UHGV virus genome: UHGV-1353844
Length of the DNA: 64,000 nt
Reading direction: 5' to 3' (one strand)
From: a virus
Shown: positions 56,058 to 64,000 of the stretch, in pieces
Position numbering within the stretch: the stretch's first letter is position 1
How the letters are laid out: the number at the start of each line of letters is the position of its first letter
Notes under the pieces: generated by a model
Database searches by the model: none
Told to the model about the DNA's origin: nothing
The model's input: only the letters and a program-made list of their open reading frames with translations
Program-made: the position numbers and the translations under genes

Positions 56058-56567
56058 TTAAGCCGCGTTGAAGCAGTACGCCAGCAGCTGTTGCAGTTCT
56101 GGGTCAGTTACACGTTGCAGCAGACGGTTAACGTTGTCACGCTGTGCGAAGTTTGCTTTATCTTGAGAGTTAGCAAAACGTACCAGCATGTTGATAAACA
56201 CCACGTAAGTTTCACGTTCAGCAGAATCGTGGAACCAATCCAGGTGGTAGTTCACATTCGGGTAATAGAAGATGCTACGCTTGTGTTTAATCGCAGCAGC
56301 AACGAAAACGTTAAAAGCATCGATAAATGCCTGACCACGCAGTTCAAACAGGCTACGGAAAGACTGGTGCAATTTACGGAAAGCGTCGTCTGCTTCCGAC
56401 GTATTTTTCGGTTTGTTGGTACCGATGGTATTCCCTGCTTCGTCTAACTGCGCAGCAATAAGGTTTACCTGATAAGAGTCATCTTGGCTATAAGCTACTG
56501 CCGCTTCTGCGGAGCGCTTAACAGCAGCGGGACGAGCATCTTGGGTAGAAATGTCTTTGGTTGCCAT
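56058..56567 (-). CDS. hypothetical protein (169 aa)
   Basis: ORF track; bidirectional terminator 56016-56042 downstream. Confidence 0.55.
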   Translation of the reverse strand: MATKDISTQDARPAAVKRSAEAAVAYSQDDSYQVNLIAAQLDEAGNTIGTNKPKNTSEADDAFRKLHQSFRSLFELRGQAFIDAFNVFVAAAIKHKRSIFYYPNVNYHLDWFHDSAERETYVVFINMLVRFANSQDKANFAQRDNVNRLLQRVTDPELQQLLAYCFNAA

Positions 56568-56579
56568 TACTAATAATCC

Positions 56580-57881
56580 TTAGGTGATATGGATCAACGG
56601 ATCGTATTCTTGAACGACGGTTTCTTTACCGTGCATTGCGGCCATTGCCACGGACATAACGTTAGAGAACGCTGACGAAATATCCGCCGCGATAGCGCGA
56701 GGTTCTTCACCTTTCGCTTCGGAGGAGCACGCAGTGCAGCAGTCGATGTGGCCGTATTGACATAAGATGGGTCGGCGTAGACGCACAACTTTCCCTAGCT
56801 GACTATTCAAAAACTCTTCCGTCAGGGAGGTTAACTTCCCATTAACCATCGCGTTCATGCCAACGTAACGTTTTACGTTGTCTTTTGTGATAACCACAGG
56901 GTGCGTGAGTTTCGTCCCACAGTCACCTGCAACGATTCGGTGGTTCTGGAAAATCATCTGGATGATACGTACCTGTTCCCCACCTTTCGCGGTTTCTGCA
57001 CCACGCGAGAACGAACCTTCACGAATAGAGTTAAACTTCGCGACCAGATTATCCATTCCCGCTTTATCGACTTCCACCAATGCGTTAGGAATTAACGTAT
57101 AGTTACCCCCTTCCTGGAAAGACGATTCAATCCCGTACATCAGCATCAACTTACGACGACGCATTCGCGATTTCGGTGAGTTATAGAACTCGATAGATTG
57201 GTCACCCGACAACCACTGTTTATCCAGTTCGTCCAGTGCTTTTTCTATCTTAACAATCACTGCTGGGTCGTCTAACTCGTCCTTATGCTTTAACAGCAAC
57301 GCATCACGTATTTTATACGCATCAGGATGCACTGTAAGGCTTCTAAGTGTACCTGTTGGTGCAATACCAGCGGTTAGTGGTGCAAGCTCGTGTAAGCCGC
57401 TTACAAAGCGTTCTATCATGCTCGGACGAATAGCACCTTCGTTCTCAGGTTCATCGGTCTCGTGATCCAAACAACGGCGGTGCATCTCTTTTCGATACTC
57501 TAACGGGTTTTGTGAAATACCCATATACGGCAAGCGTGTACCAAACGCATACCAGATAACAACCCAGTTAAAGATATAACGTCCTACGGTAGTAGGAATC
57601 GGTCCTTCTAATCCTGGGTAGTCATCGACTTTCAACTCAAACTGTTCTTCAGGAATAAACAGTTCTTGGTCTTTTACACCATCAGTAATGGGCTGCCAAA
57701 CGCCTTTCCCATCTTCTACCGCGTAGTAGTGCGGCATTCCGTCAATATACGTAATATCGAACGCTTCGGGTTCTTCACGATTCGACGGGAACACTGACAT
57801 GTTGAATATTGCAATACGCCACACTAAACGACGCCAGGCTTCGGCTTTACACGCCGCCACCAGAAACTCAAATCTCGTCAT
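56580..57881 (-). CDS. hypothetical protein (433 aa)
   Basis: ORF track. Confidence 0.6.
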   Translation of the reverse strand: MTRFEFLVAACKAEAWRRLVWRIAIFNMSVFPSNREEPEAFDITYIDGMPHYYAVEDGKGVWQPITDGVKDQELFIPEEQFELKVDDYPGLEGPIPTTVGRYIFNWVVIWYAFGTRLPYMGISQNPLEYRKEMHRRCLDHETDEPENEGAIRPSMIERFVSGLHELAPLTAGIAPTGTLRSLTVHPDAYKIRDALLLKHKDELDDPAVIVKIEKALDELDKQWLSGDQSIEFYNSPKSRMRRRKLMLMYGIESSFQEGGNYTLIPNALVEVDKAGMDNLVAKFNSIREGSFSRGAETAKGGEQVRIIQMIFQNHRIVAGDCGTKLTHPVVITKDNVKRYVGMNAMVNGKLTSLTEEFLNSQLGKVVRLRRPILCQYGHIDCCTACSSEAKGEEPRAIAADISSAFSNVMSVAMAAMHGKETVVQEYDPLIHIT

Positions 57882-58719
57882 TGTCTTCCTCCGCTACCTT
57901 ATAAATCTCCTTCAAGCTTTCCAGAGCAGGTTGCAAGATAGGAATAGGTTTTAACCCTTCGTTGTTGAGCTTCTCCAGGTTCTCTGATAACGCACCATAC
58001 GCATCTTCGTAATCCTCGTTATCGATAATCGATAAACCCACTGCATACATTTCCAACAGCTCGGCTTCCGTGTAGTCTTCAACATCGAAGACCAGCGACT
58101 GCTGAACTACGGTCAAATCAGGCAGGTCTGGTAAGTTAAGGAATACGAACGCTGATGGGTTTTGAGGATATAGACGAAGGTAATCAGCGATACGTGACAA
58201 ACGTCTGTCGTTACCTGCCGCTAATTGTTCGTCTACGGTCACAGAAGACAGGTAGTTTCTCATCACGGTCATTACGCGAGGAGACACCCGAACAACCAAA
58301 TCTTCGAAATGGATATTCTCATCACCGTAAACATAACGACAGATACTTTCCAGAATGTATTCTGGCGTCTCGCCAGACATCACAATACCGTAAAGCGTAT
58401 CGGTGTCTTCAAACTCTTCAAACTTGGAAGTAATACCGTCCAGAATACGTACGGTCTCTTTGGGTTTATGGTAAACTTCCTGGGGATTTAACGCTATCCC
58501 TAAACGGTTACCTAACGCTACCGCACACTTAACGATAATGCCTTCTAATCGAACCGTTTCGTCTGCCGGGTCAGAAGACGGTTGCCAGTACACATCACTT
58601 AACGCAACGTCGTATCCGTAGTCCATGCAAAGCGTGACTAAATCCAGAAACGGTGCAGCACGTTCCTCCGAACGATTGACGGTAAGAACGGCGGCGTAAT
58701 CTGTATAAATGTCAATCAT
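57868..58719 (-). CDS. hypothetical protein (~283 aa)
   Basis: Track ORF (start 58803) shortened to M29, because the track N-terminus would run through terminator hairpin 58772-58795. Confidence 0.5.
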   Translation of the reverse strand: MIDIYTDYAAVLTVNRSEERAAPFLDLVTLCMDYGYDVALSDVYWQPSSDPADETVRLEGIIVKCAVALGNRLGIALNPQEVYHKPKETVRILDGITSKFEEFEDTDTLYGIVMSGETPEYILESICRYVYGDENIHFEDLVVRVSPRVMTVMRNYLSSVTVDEQLAAGNDRRLSRIADYLRLYPQNPSAFVFLNLPDLPDLTVVQQSLVFDVEDYTEAELLEMYAVGLSIIDNEDYEDAYGALSENLEKLNNEGLKPIPILQPALESLKEIYKVAEEDNDEI

Positions 58720-58771
58720 AGCCTTTTCCAATACAAGGGGTTCATACCAAAGCAAAAAAAAAGAAAAAGCT

Positions 58772-58795
58772 AAGGGAGTCTTAATAGACTCCCTT
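58772..58795 (-). terminator. intrinsic terminator
   Basis: AAGGGAGTC-ttaata-GACTCCCTT preceded by AAAAAAAAAGAAAAAG. Confidence 0.55.
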
Positions 58796-58799
58796 AAAT

Positions 58800-59108
58800 T
58801 CAACCTTTCAACTTAAGCTCTTTCTCAAGATTTTGCAGTTCTGGATCACTGCCAGCAACATCGTTCATGATTTTCTTAATCGACGCTTTACGACGATTAA
58901 GCACACGGAGCATCATCATAATCTCCCAACGAGGACGATTAAGCCACTCGTCAAACGAGAGTCGATAATGTTCATTTATCTGCTCACGCAAATAAACTTC
59001 CATCCAGATTTCGTGTAAGCTCCCGTATTCCGGGTTTTCGAAATCTGACAAACCGACGTGCTTTGAACCGGTGTCCAACCCTATCGACAAATCGTAGGCA
59101 CCTAACAA
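58800..59108 (-). CDS. hypothetical protein (102 aa)
   Basis: ORF track; terminator hairpin immediately downstream. Confidence 0.5.
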   Translation of the reverse strand: MLGAYDLSIGLDTGSKHVGLSDFENPEYGSLHEIWMEVYLREQINEHYRLSFDEWLNRPRWEIMMMLRVLNRRKASIKKIMNDVAGSDPELQNLEKELKLKG

Positions 59109-59221
59109 TTCGTCATGCGCTTCTTGATAAGTGATAGGGCGGGTACTGCGTTGCTTGAATAAAGAGGTGGTGTCTAACTTAAGCGTGTTAATGACGTGGT
59201 CTGAAGGAATCTCTCTCGGGT

Positions 59222-61180
59222 CTAGCCAGTAACGCCGAATTGATCCCTCATAAACCGCTGAATCTCGAACACCACTCGAGATAGCTCGAAAAAAACGCGG
59301 TCCGGGGAAATCGTTACGATACCACGATACACACCTTCTTTCTCGCCTTCATCGGCTTTACCACATGCTGGGCAACGTTGACCCATATACCCGAACACCG
59401 CCAGACGGCTGCGGTCGTTGTACGTCGCAATAGCACCTTCGAAGTTAGCCACGTATTTACGATCGGACGACAGTTCTTCCAGCATCTGGACGATCTTATC
59501 GTAATCTTTCTCTACGATAGGTTCTTCGTGGGATTCTTCACCGTCGTAGATTTCTTCCATAACGGTGATAGATTCAACCATGTGCGCATAACGGGTTAGA
59601 CGACGTGCCTCAGCGGTTAAGCGTAAATGGTCTTCACGCTCACGTTCTGTCCCCTTCTCTGCCAACGCAGAGGTCGTGGCCGCGTTGGTTTCTTCAATCC
59701 AACGTTCAGTGTTGTCGAAGAATTTACCTAATGTAGAACGACCGAACTTAACGATAATACCGTCTTGTTCGAAAATCGCTGATGGGTCTTTGATGTGTTC
59801 TTCAACGAACTTACGCTGGTCAGCACGGGTGATCGTCGCGTCGTCTTTACCGCGTTGAAGTGCCCACAGATTACGCTGAATGTCCGTATACAAAGAAGTC
59901 CCCATACGGATACAACGTGCCAGGTTCAGACGAACGTCTTCCTGATGACCACAACCTTCGTGACCACAAATCAGCGTCCACGGTAAACCGCCCGGGAACT
60001 TCGCCTGCATAACACCGATTAACAGTAACCAGTAGTCTGCAATGTCGATGGTATCCATCAGTACGGTCTTCATGTCGTTACCTTCGCAGTCTAAGCTACA
60101 ATCGGTAACAAACCGTAAAGCAAATTCGATCATGTGGCTTAGGTACACACCAGAAGATGCAGAGAGCATCAGACCGTAAGTCTGCATCCCAATCTTCGCG
60201 GTTTCTAACGCCAGTTCAATATCGAAGTCACAAATCTCGCGTTCCAGCGGTGCACGGAAGCCGACGAAGATACCCGTAGCAGGTAACCATACCCAGTTAG
60301 GAATACCAGATTTACGACGACGGCGCAGGGCTGCAATTGCACCTGTCTGCTGGTTGAGACGGGTACTAATCAGACCTACCGGTTTATTCATCCCCGGCAA
60401 CTGTACTCGCTGTTCCCATGCTGTGTCGTCACGCGACAGGGCCACATCGAACGCTTGCAGGTTATTCTGCAAACGCGGTGGCGTCATGTTCAGAGCACGC
60501 CGCAGACGCTCGTACAAATCTCGCTGTTCTTCGGACTTGAACAACAGACGTCCGTCTTTGCTCGTTGGGATACTTGAGAAGAATTTCTTCAGATCGTTTC
60601 CAACCAGGTTCGGGTCCTGGCAAAGACCGATAAGCGTACGGAAGCTGGCCATAATCGCCGCTTCTGAATCCTCTTCCATTTCCGAGAACTCTTCGTGAAC
60701 GGGCTGATCGCCGAAGTTGATACGATCGGTAGAAGCTTTCTCTTTTACTGCGGGAGTCGCTTCTGGTTCGTGATCCGCCGCAGGTGCATGAGGCTCAGGA
60801 GACGGTGGAACATATTCTTCCCGCGTTTTCTCCGCTACCAGGACAGGTTCCGGTTTACGTTCTTCAACGACCACTTCTTTACGCTCTACAACTTCAGCAA
60901 TGACAGGATGCCCAGTCAGTTCGGTCTGTAGAGATTCAGGAAGGGGTTCTTCTTCGAACGTAGGCGGTTGAAGAATAGGTTCTTCTTTCACCACGTTCAG
61001 TCCTTTGTACGCTTCTTCAGCTTCTGCAAAGGACAGTTGTGGGTTGGCACGTTTAATGGCCATAATCCCATCGTCCGCTGACATAGTGCTGTAGTCGAGC
61101 TCAGGGATGTGAACCTGTACAGGTTCCGTCTGTAGACGACGGCGTCCATTACCAGGACGTTGGTCTAATGAATCAGACAT
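59222..61180 (-). CDS. large hypothetical protein (652 aa)
   Basis: ORF track; acidic N-terminal half; Cys clusters CGHEGCGH and CPACGK. Confidence 0.6.
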   Translation of the reverse strand: MSDSLDQRPGNGRRRLQTEPVQVHIPELDYSTMSADDGIMAIKRANPQLSFAEAEEAYKGLNVVKEEPILQPPTFEEEPLPESLQTELTGHPVIAEVVERKEVVVEERKPEPVLVAEKTREEYVPPSPEPHAPAADHEPEATPAVKEKASTDRINFGDQPVHEEFSEMEEDSEAAIMASFRTLIGLCQDPNLVGNDLKKFFSSIPTSKDGRLLFKSEEQRDLYERLRRALNMTPPRLQNNLQAFDVALSRDDTAWEQRVQLPGMNKPVGLISTRLNQQTGAIAALRRRRKSGIPNWVWLPATGIFVGFRAPLEREICDFDIELALETAKIGMQTYGLMLSASSGVYLSHMIEFALRFVTDCSLDCEGNDMKTVLMDTIDIADYWLLLIGVMQAKFPGGLPWTLICGHEGCGHQEDVRLNLARCIRMGTSLYTDIQRNLWALQRGKDDATITRADQRKFVEEHIKDPSAIFEQDGIIVKFGRSTLGKFFDNTERWIEETNAATTSALAEKGTEREREDHLRLTAEARRLTRYAHMVESITVMEEIYDGEESHEEPIVEKDYDKIVQMLEELSSDRKYVANFEGAIATYNDRSRLAVFGYMGQRCPACGKADEGEKEGVYRGIVTISPDRVFFELSRVVFEIQRFMRDQFGVTG

Positions 61181-61182
61181 CT

Positions 61183-61755
61183 TTATACCTCGGTAACGAC
61201 TTCAGTGTCGGGTTGTTTTACTGCGGCTTCAGCTTGTTGAAGCAGTTCGTAGGCTTCTGCGAAGGTGTGACCCTGGTGCATAGCACGTTTTACAAAATCA
61301 GCGCGGCCGTTATACAGCGACAGGATTTCAATGGCAGCGCCCTGGATATCTTTGCCCAGCCACACAGCTTCGGTCTCTAACGTGGTCACGTTCATGCTTT
61401 CCACGCTAAACTCGTCTTTCACAGACGCCCAGCTGTTGTTTTCCAGCATGGTTTTTGCATTGGTTGCAACCTTATCGATCTCAATAAGTTTTGCACCCAG
61501 TTTTTCTTTCCCTTCTGCCATCAGGCCAACAAACGCAGCTTTGGCTTCGTCCAACGCTTTAATAGCAAAGGCTTTGTATTCTGGCTCCTCCAGAGCTTCC
61601 AGGACTTCGCGTTCTTTGTCGATACGCTCCGCCAGAATCTTCATCTGTTCTTCAAAGATAACCAGTAGTTTATACACTGATTTCACGCTATCGCGAAGTT
61701 CTTTTTTCGCCAGAGCACGTGGGTTATAAGCGGGTTTCTTCTTACGACGAGACAT
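61183..61755 (-). CDS. hypothetical helical protein (190 aa)
   Basis: ORF track; terminator 61784-61804 upstream of start. Confidence 0.55.
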   Translation of the reverse strand: MSRRKKKPAYNPRALAKKELRDSVKSVYKLLVIFEEQMKILAERIDKEREVLEALEEPEYKAFAIKALDEAKAAFVGLMAEGKEKLGAKLIEIDKVATNAKTMLENNSWASVKDEFSVESMNVTTLETEAVWLGKDIQGAAIEILSLYNGRADFVKRAMHQGHTFAEAYELLQQAEAAVKQPDTEVVTEV

Positions 61756-61783
61756 TTTAATATTCCTTTAACAAAAAAAGAAA

Positions 61784-61804
61784 GGGTGTACACAATATAC
61801 ACCC
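61784..61804 (-). terminator. intrinsic terminator
   Basis: GGGTGTA-cacaata-TACACCC preceded by AAAAAAAGAAA. Confidence 0.5.
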
Positions 61805-61816
61805 GTTCTGTACTTT

Positions 61817-62200
61817 TTAATTGCTATCGTGAGGAACGGCTACCCAACTGTGCCATTTCTCAGAGTATAGTCGATAAGCCACCTTCGGGTTTTCATCGAT
61901 ATTGCCCGCAGGGTTTTCAGACCACAGCACCCAGCTGTAAAGCTCGTAGGACGAGGTATTGCGGATACTGGAGTTACGCGTAATGTAATAACATTTACCA
62001 CGTTGGAAAATCTGCATACCGGCGAAGTGTTCCGTTACCATATAGTAGTGGAACGCCACGGACATCGTTGGGTCGGTACACAGTTTATCGACGACGTTTT
62101 CGACGTCTGGGTATGCCTTTAAAACCTTTTCGAGAAAACTTGCTAAGTTCAGCCCGGCATACGGTGCTGTTGGCTCGGTCGGCTGCGGCGGTAGTAACAT
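61817..62200 (-). CDS. hypothetical protein (127 aa)
   Basis: ORF track; AAGGA RBS 5-6 nt upstream of ATG at 62200; overlaps helicase 3' end by 116 nt. Confidence 0.5.
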   Translation of the reverse strand: MLLPPQPTEPTAPYAGLNLASFLEKVLKAYPDVENVVDKLCTDPTMSVAFHYYMVTEHFAGMQIFQRGKCYYITRNSSIRNTSSYELYSWVLWSENPAGNIDENPKVAYRLYSEKWHSWVAVPHDSN

Positions 62201-63794
62201 TGGTTTTCCTTACAACATACGGTGAAGAGGCTATCTTAAACGACAACACAGAATCACTCAGCGACTTTTGACGCGCATTCAAGTAATTACAGTGTTTCCC
62301 TATCGAGAGTGAATGGAATAACCACACAACGGGATCGAGTTCACCCCAATCGTTGTGAAGTATCTTACGCGGTCGACCGGCCATCTGACGGTTTAACTGT
62401 TGGTCTTCCACAGGCGTTGTGATGTACATGTGGACCAACCCCGGTTTGTCAACCGCAGTGCCTGCTTTCCCTGGTGTTGAAATCGAGAAATCCGCTTGAA
62501 TAAAGTCGTCATACGAATCCCCCGCGTTGTATTTCGCAACCATCAGCGCGTGGAACTTATCAGACTGTGCCAGTTTCTCTCGCACGTACTCTGTAAAGAA
62601 CTCACACATCGCAACGGTTGCAAACAACACCAACACTTTCTGACCAGGTTGGTAACTCGCCAGATACGTTCGCTCGATGACGTCCCACACCATATCCGCG
62701 TAAGATAAGTGCATGTTCTCACTTATTAACTTACCTTCGAATAGCTTGTGGTTATACGGCGTCATCTTATTCGCCCACCACGCAAACCGTTTATTCTCAA
62801 TGCTGTAGTACAACGCTTTAACGTGTACAGCAGGAATAATCGGAATGAATATACGTGACTCTTGTGGGAAACGCTCTCGATACCGTTCGGCTAAAAACGC
62901 TTTTGATTCACCCGGCTGTAACGTCGCAGACATCTCAACAGACGGTGGTGGGTTGAGCATTATTCCTGCCATGTACACCAGATGGAAATGCTCATGCACC
63001 TCATCCATTGACAAAAACCCAACGCCTAAGGTGTTGTAGAAATCATCAATGTTCACTGGGTTAGTTGCGGCAGTGTTAATGTACTCTTTAAGGAATCGTT
63101 GCAACGTTACCGTCGAGATAATGATAACCTTAATCCCACGTTTGTCTAATTCGCCTGATTCCCCCATCTCTAACGCTTCGTAGATAGCCTGAACGCCTTG
63201 GATAACCAAAACATCATCTTTCGACTCACGTAAGCCCGTTGGGTCTTCAGTTAAATCAAACAACCATTTTGAGATGTACGTCGGACGGTGAATCAGTAGC
63301 GTCCTGACACCCTTACGTACCATTACTTTCATGTTCGTTTTCGACTTACCCATCCCTGTACCAATTTCAAAGATGGTTTGAAAACGATTTGGTTCGCAAG
63401 CCGTTTCAACCACAGCATTCTGGTAAAAGAAACGTGATTTCTCATCGTCCTCCACCATCTTAAAGCCGTAGTTTTCAAACTTACACCGATAAGGTGTTCC
63501 CTGCGTTAAGTAATGCTCGTAAAGCTTATACTCAATGCCAAATTCGGTGGCCGTACGATTAATAATAATGCGTAAACGCTCAGAAAAGTTCCTGTGGAAG
63601 ATAAACGAGCGGAGAGAAGGTATATGCGCGTAATACGGATCGCCACGTTCAGTGAATATACGACCGTAATGCTTGCCCATCTTAGGAGCGTGCATATGTT
63701 CTTCTGCCCACTTAAGTATCGCCGACTCTATCTGTCGGCACGGGACTTCAACCCTCACCCCCATGCTGGTAAAGGTCATGTGGAATTCGTACAT
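62085..63794 (-). CDS. SF2 DExH-box helicase with poly-basic C-terminal tail
   Basis: Walker A GTGMGKSKT, motif II MDEVHE, motif III SAT, motif VI RQMAGRPRK; C-terminus GIPRRRKRRR; strong AGAGGGGAG RBS. Confidence 0.7.
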   Translation of the reverse strand: MYEFHMTFTSMGVRVEVPCRQIESAILKWAEEHMHAPKMGKHYGRIFTERGDPYYAHIPSLRSFIFHRNFSERLRIIINRTATEFGIEYKLYEHYLTQGTPYRCKFENYGFKMVEDDEKSRFFYQNAVVETACEPNRFQTIFEIGTGMGKSKTNMKVMVRKGVRTLLIHRPTYISKWLFDLTEDPTGLRESKDDVLVIQGVQAIYEALEMGESGELDKRGIKVIIISTVTLQRFLKEYINTAATNPVNIDDFYNTLGVGFLSMDEVHEHFHLVYMAGIMLNPPPSVEMSATLQPGESKAFLAERYRERFPQESRIFIPIIPAVHVKALYYSIENKRFAWWANKMTPYNHKLFEGKLISENMHLSYADMVWDVIERTYLASYQPGQKVLVLFATVAMCEFFTEYVREKLAQSDKFHALMVAKYNAGDSYDDFIQADFSISTPGKAGTAVDKPGLVHMYITTPVEDQQLNRQMAGRPRKILHNDWGELDPVVWLFHSLSIGKHCNYLNARQKSLSDSVLSFKIASSPYVVRKTNVTTAAADRANSTVCRAELSKFSRKGFKGIPRRRKRRR

Positions 63795-63814
63795 GCTCCC
63801 CTCTTACAAAAAAA

Positions 63815-63832
63815 GAGGGGCGCAGGCCCCTC
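63815..63832 (-). terminator. intrinsic terminator
   Basis: GAGGGGC-gcag-GCCCCTC preceded by AAAAAAA; overlaps RBS of helicase gene. Confidence 0.55.
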
Positions 63833-63836
63833 TCGT

Positions 63837-64000
63837 TTACTCAATAATCGTTGCCGCGACAGAATTGTCGTACAACGAAGCAGGACGTTTACGTGACGTA
63901 TAGAAACGTACGTTGTCCAAGTTCTTCTGTTGTCCCTCAAACAGCAACATCGGAATCGCAGAACGCATCGCAATCAGCGTATTGTGATCTTCGAAGCGTT
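63837..64000 (-). CDS. partial CDS (C-terminal ~53 aa; gene continues beyond window)
   Basis: Hand-translated open frame ending ...SVAATIIE* with stop at 63837-63839; terminator 63815-63832 downstream. Confidence 0.4.
   Translation of the reverse strand, partial: RFEDHNTLIAMRSAIPMLLFEGQQKNLDNVRFYTSRKRPASLYDNSVAATIIE

Noticed and set aside
63776-63973. 65-aa track ORF on the minus strand at the window end
   Set aside because: It runs through the terminator hairpin and helicase RBS in the wrong frame; a different frame gives a clean C-terminal fragment ending at 63837.
1-64000. CRISPR-like impression from the many similar GC-rich hairpins
   Set aside because: The hairpins are single, irregularly spaced, located exactly at gene ends with A/T tracts, and share no direct-repeat/spacer periodicity.

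Overview
The whole window reads as a lytic dsDNA phage genome segment: about 70 tightly packed genes, mostly on the minus strand with five plus-strand genes, separated by GC-rich stem-loop terminators with A/T tracts. I found no rRNA, tRNA, CRISPR array, integrase or transposase. My best interpretation is a phiKZ-like jumbo phage of an enterobacterial host, based on three things: a 761-aa capsid-sized ORF with strongly optimised codon usage (26195..28480), two tandem highly expressed paralogs whose acidic N-terminal regions carry repeated A-x-E|S motifs like prohead-protease substrates (41053..43667), and four copies of an AT-rich element with a TATATTAC-type core resembling the early-promoter consensus I recall for phiKZ-like phages. 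This identity is inference, not a database result. Calls I can support from motifs are Dam methyltransferase (DPPY), thymidylate kinase (P-loop plus DRF lid), dihydrofolate reductase, a RuvC-like resolvase, an SF2 DExH helicase, three GNAT-type acetyltransferases, a DprA/SLOG-like Rossmann protein and an HExxH metallopeptidase-like membrane protein. The most unusual locus is 30.6-32.9 kb: two tandem four-hairpin RNA modules with compensatory stem changes, several tiny ORFs, and a 47-aa lipoprotein gene behind an early-promoter element. Most other ORFs are hypothetical. Coordinates of hairpins, motifs and ORFs absent from the track were counted by hand and may be off by a few bases; several starts were moved to internal Met codons with better ribosome-binding sites.
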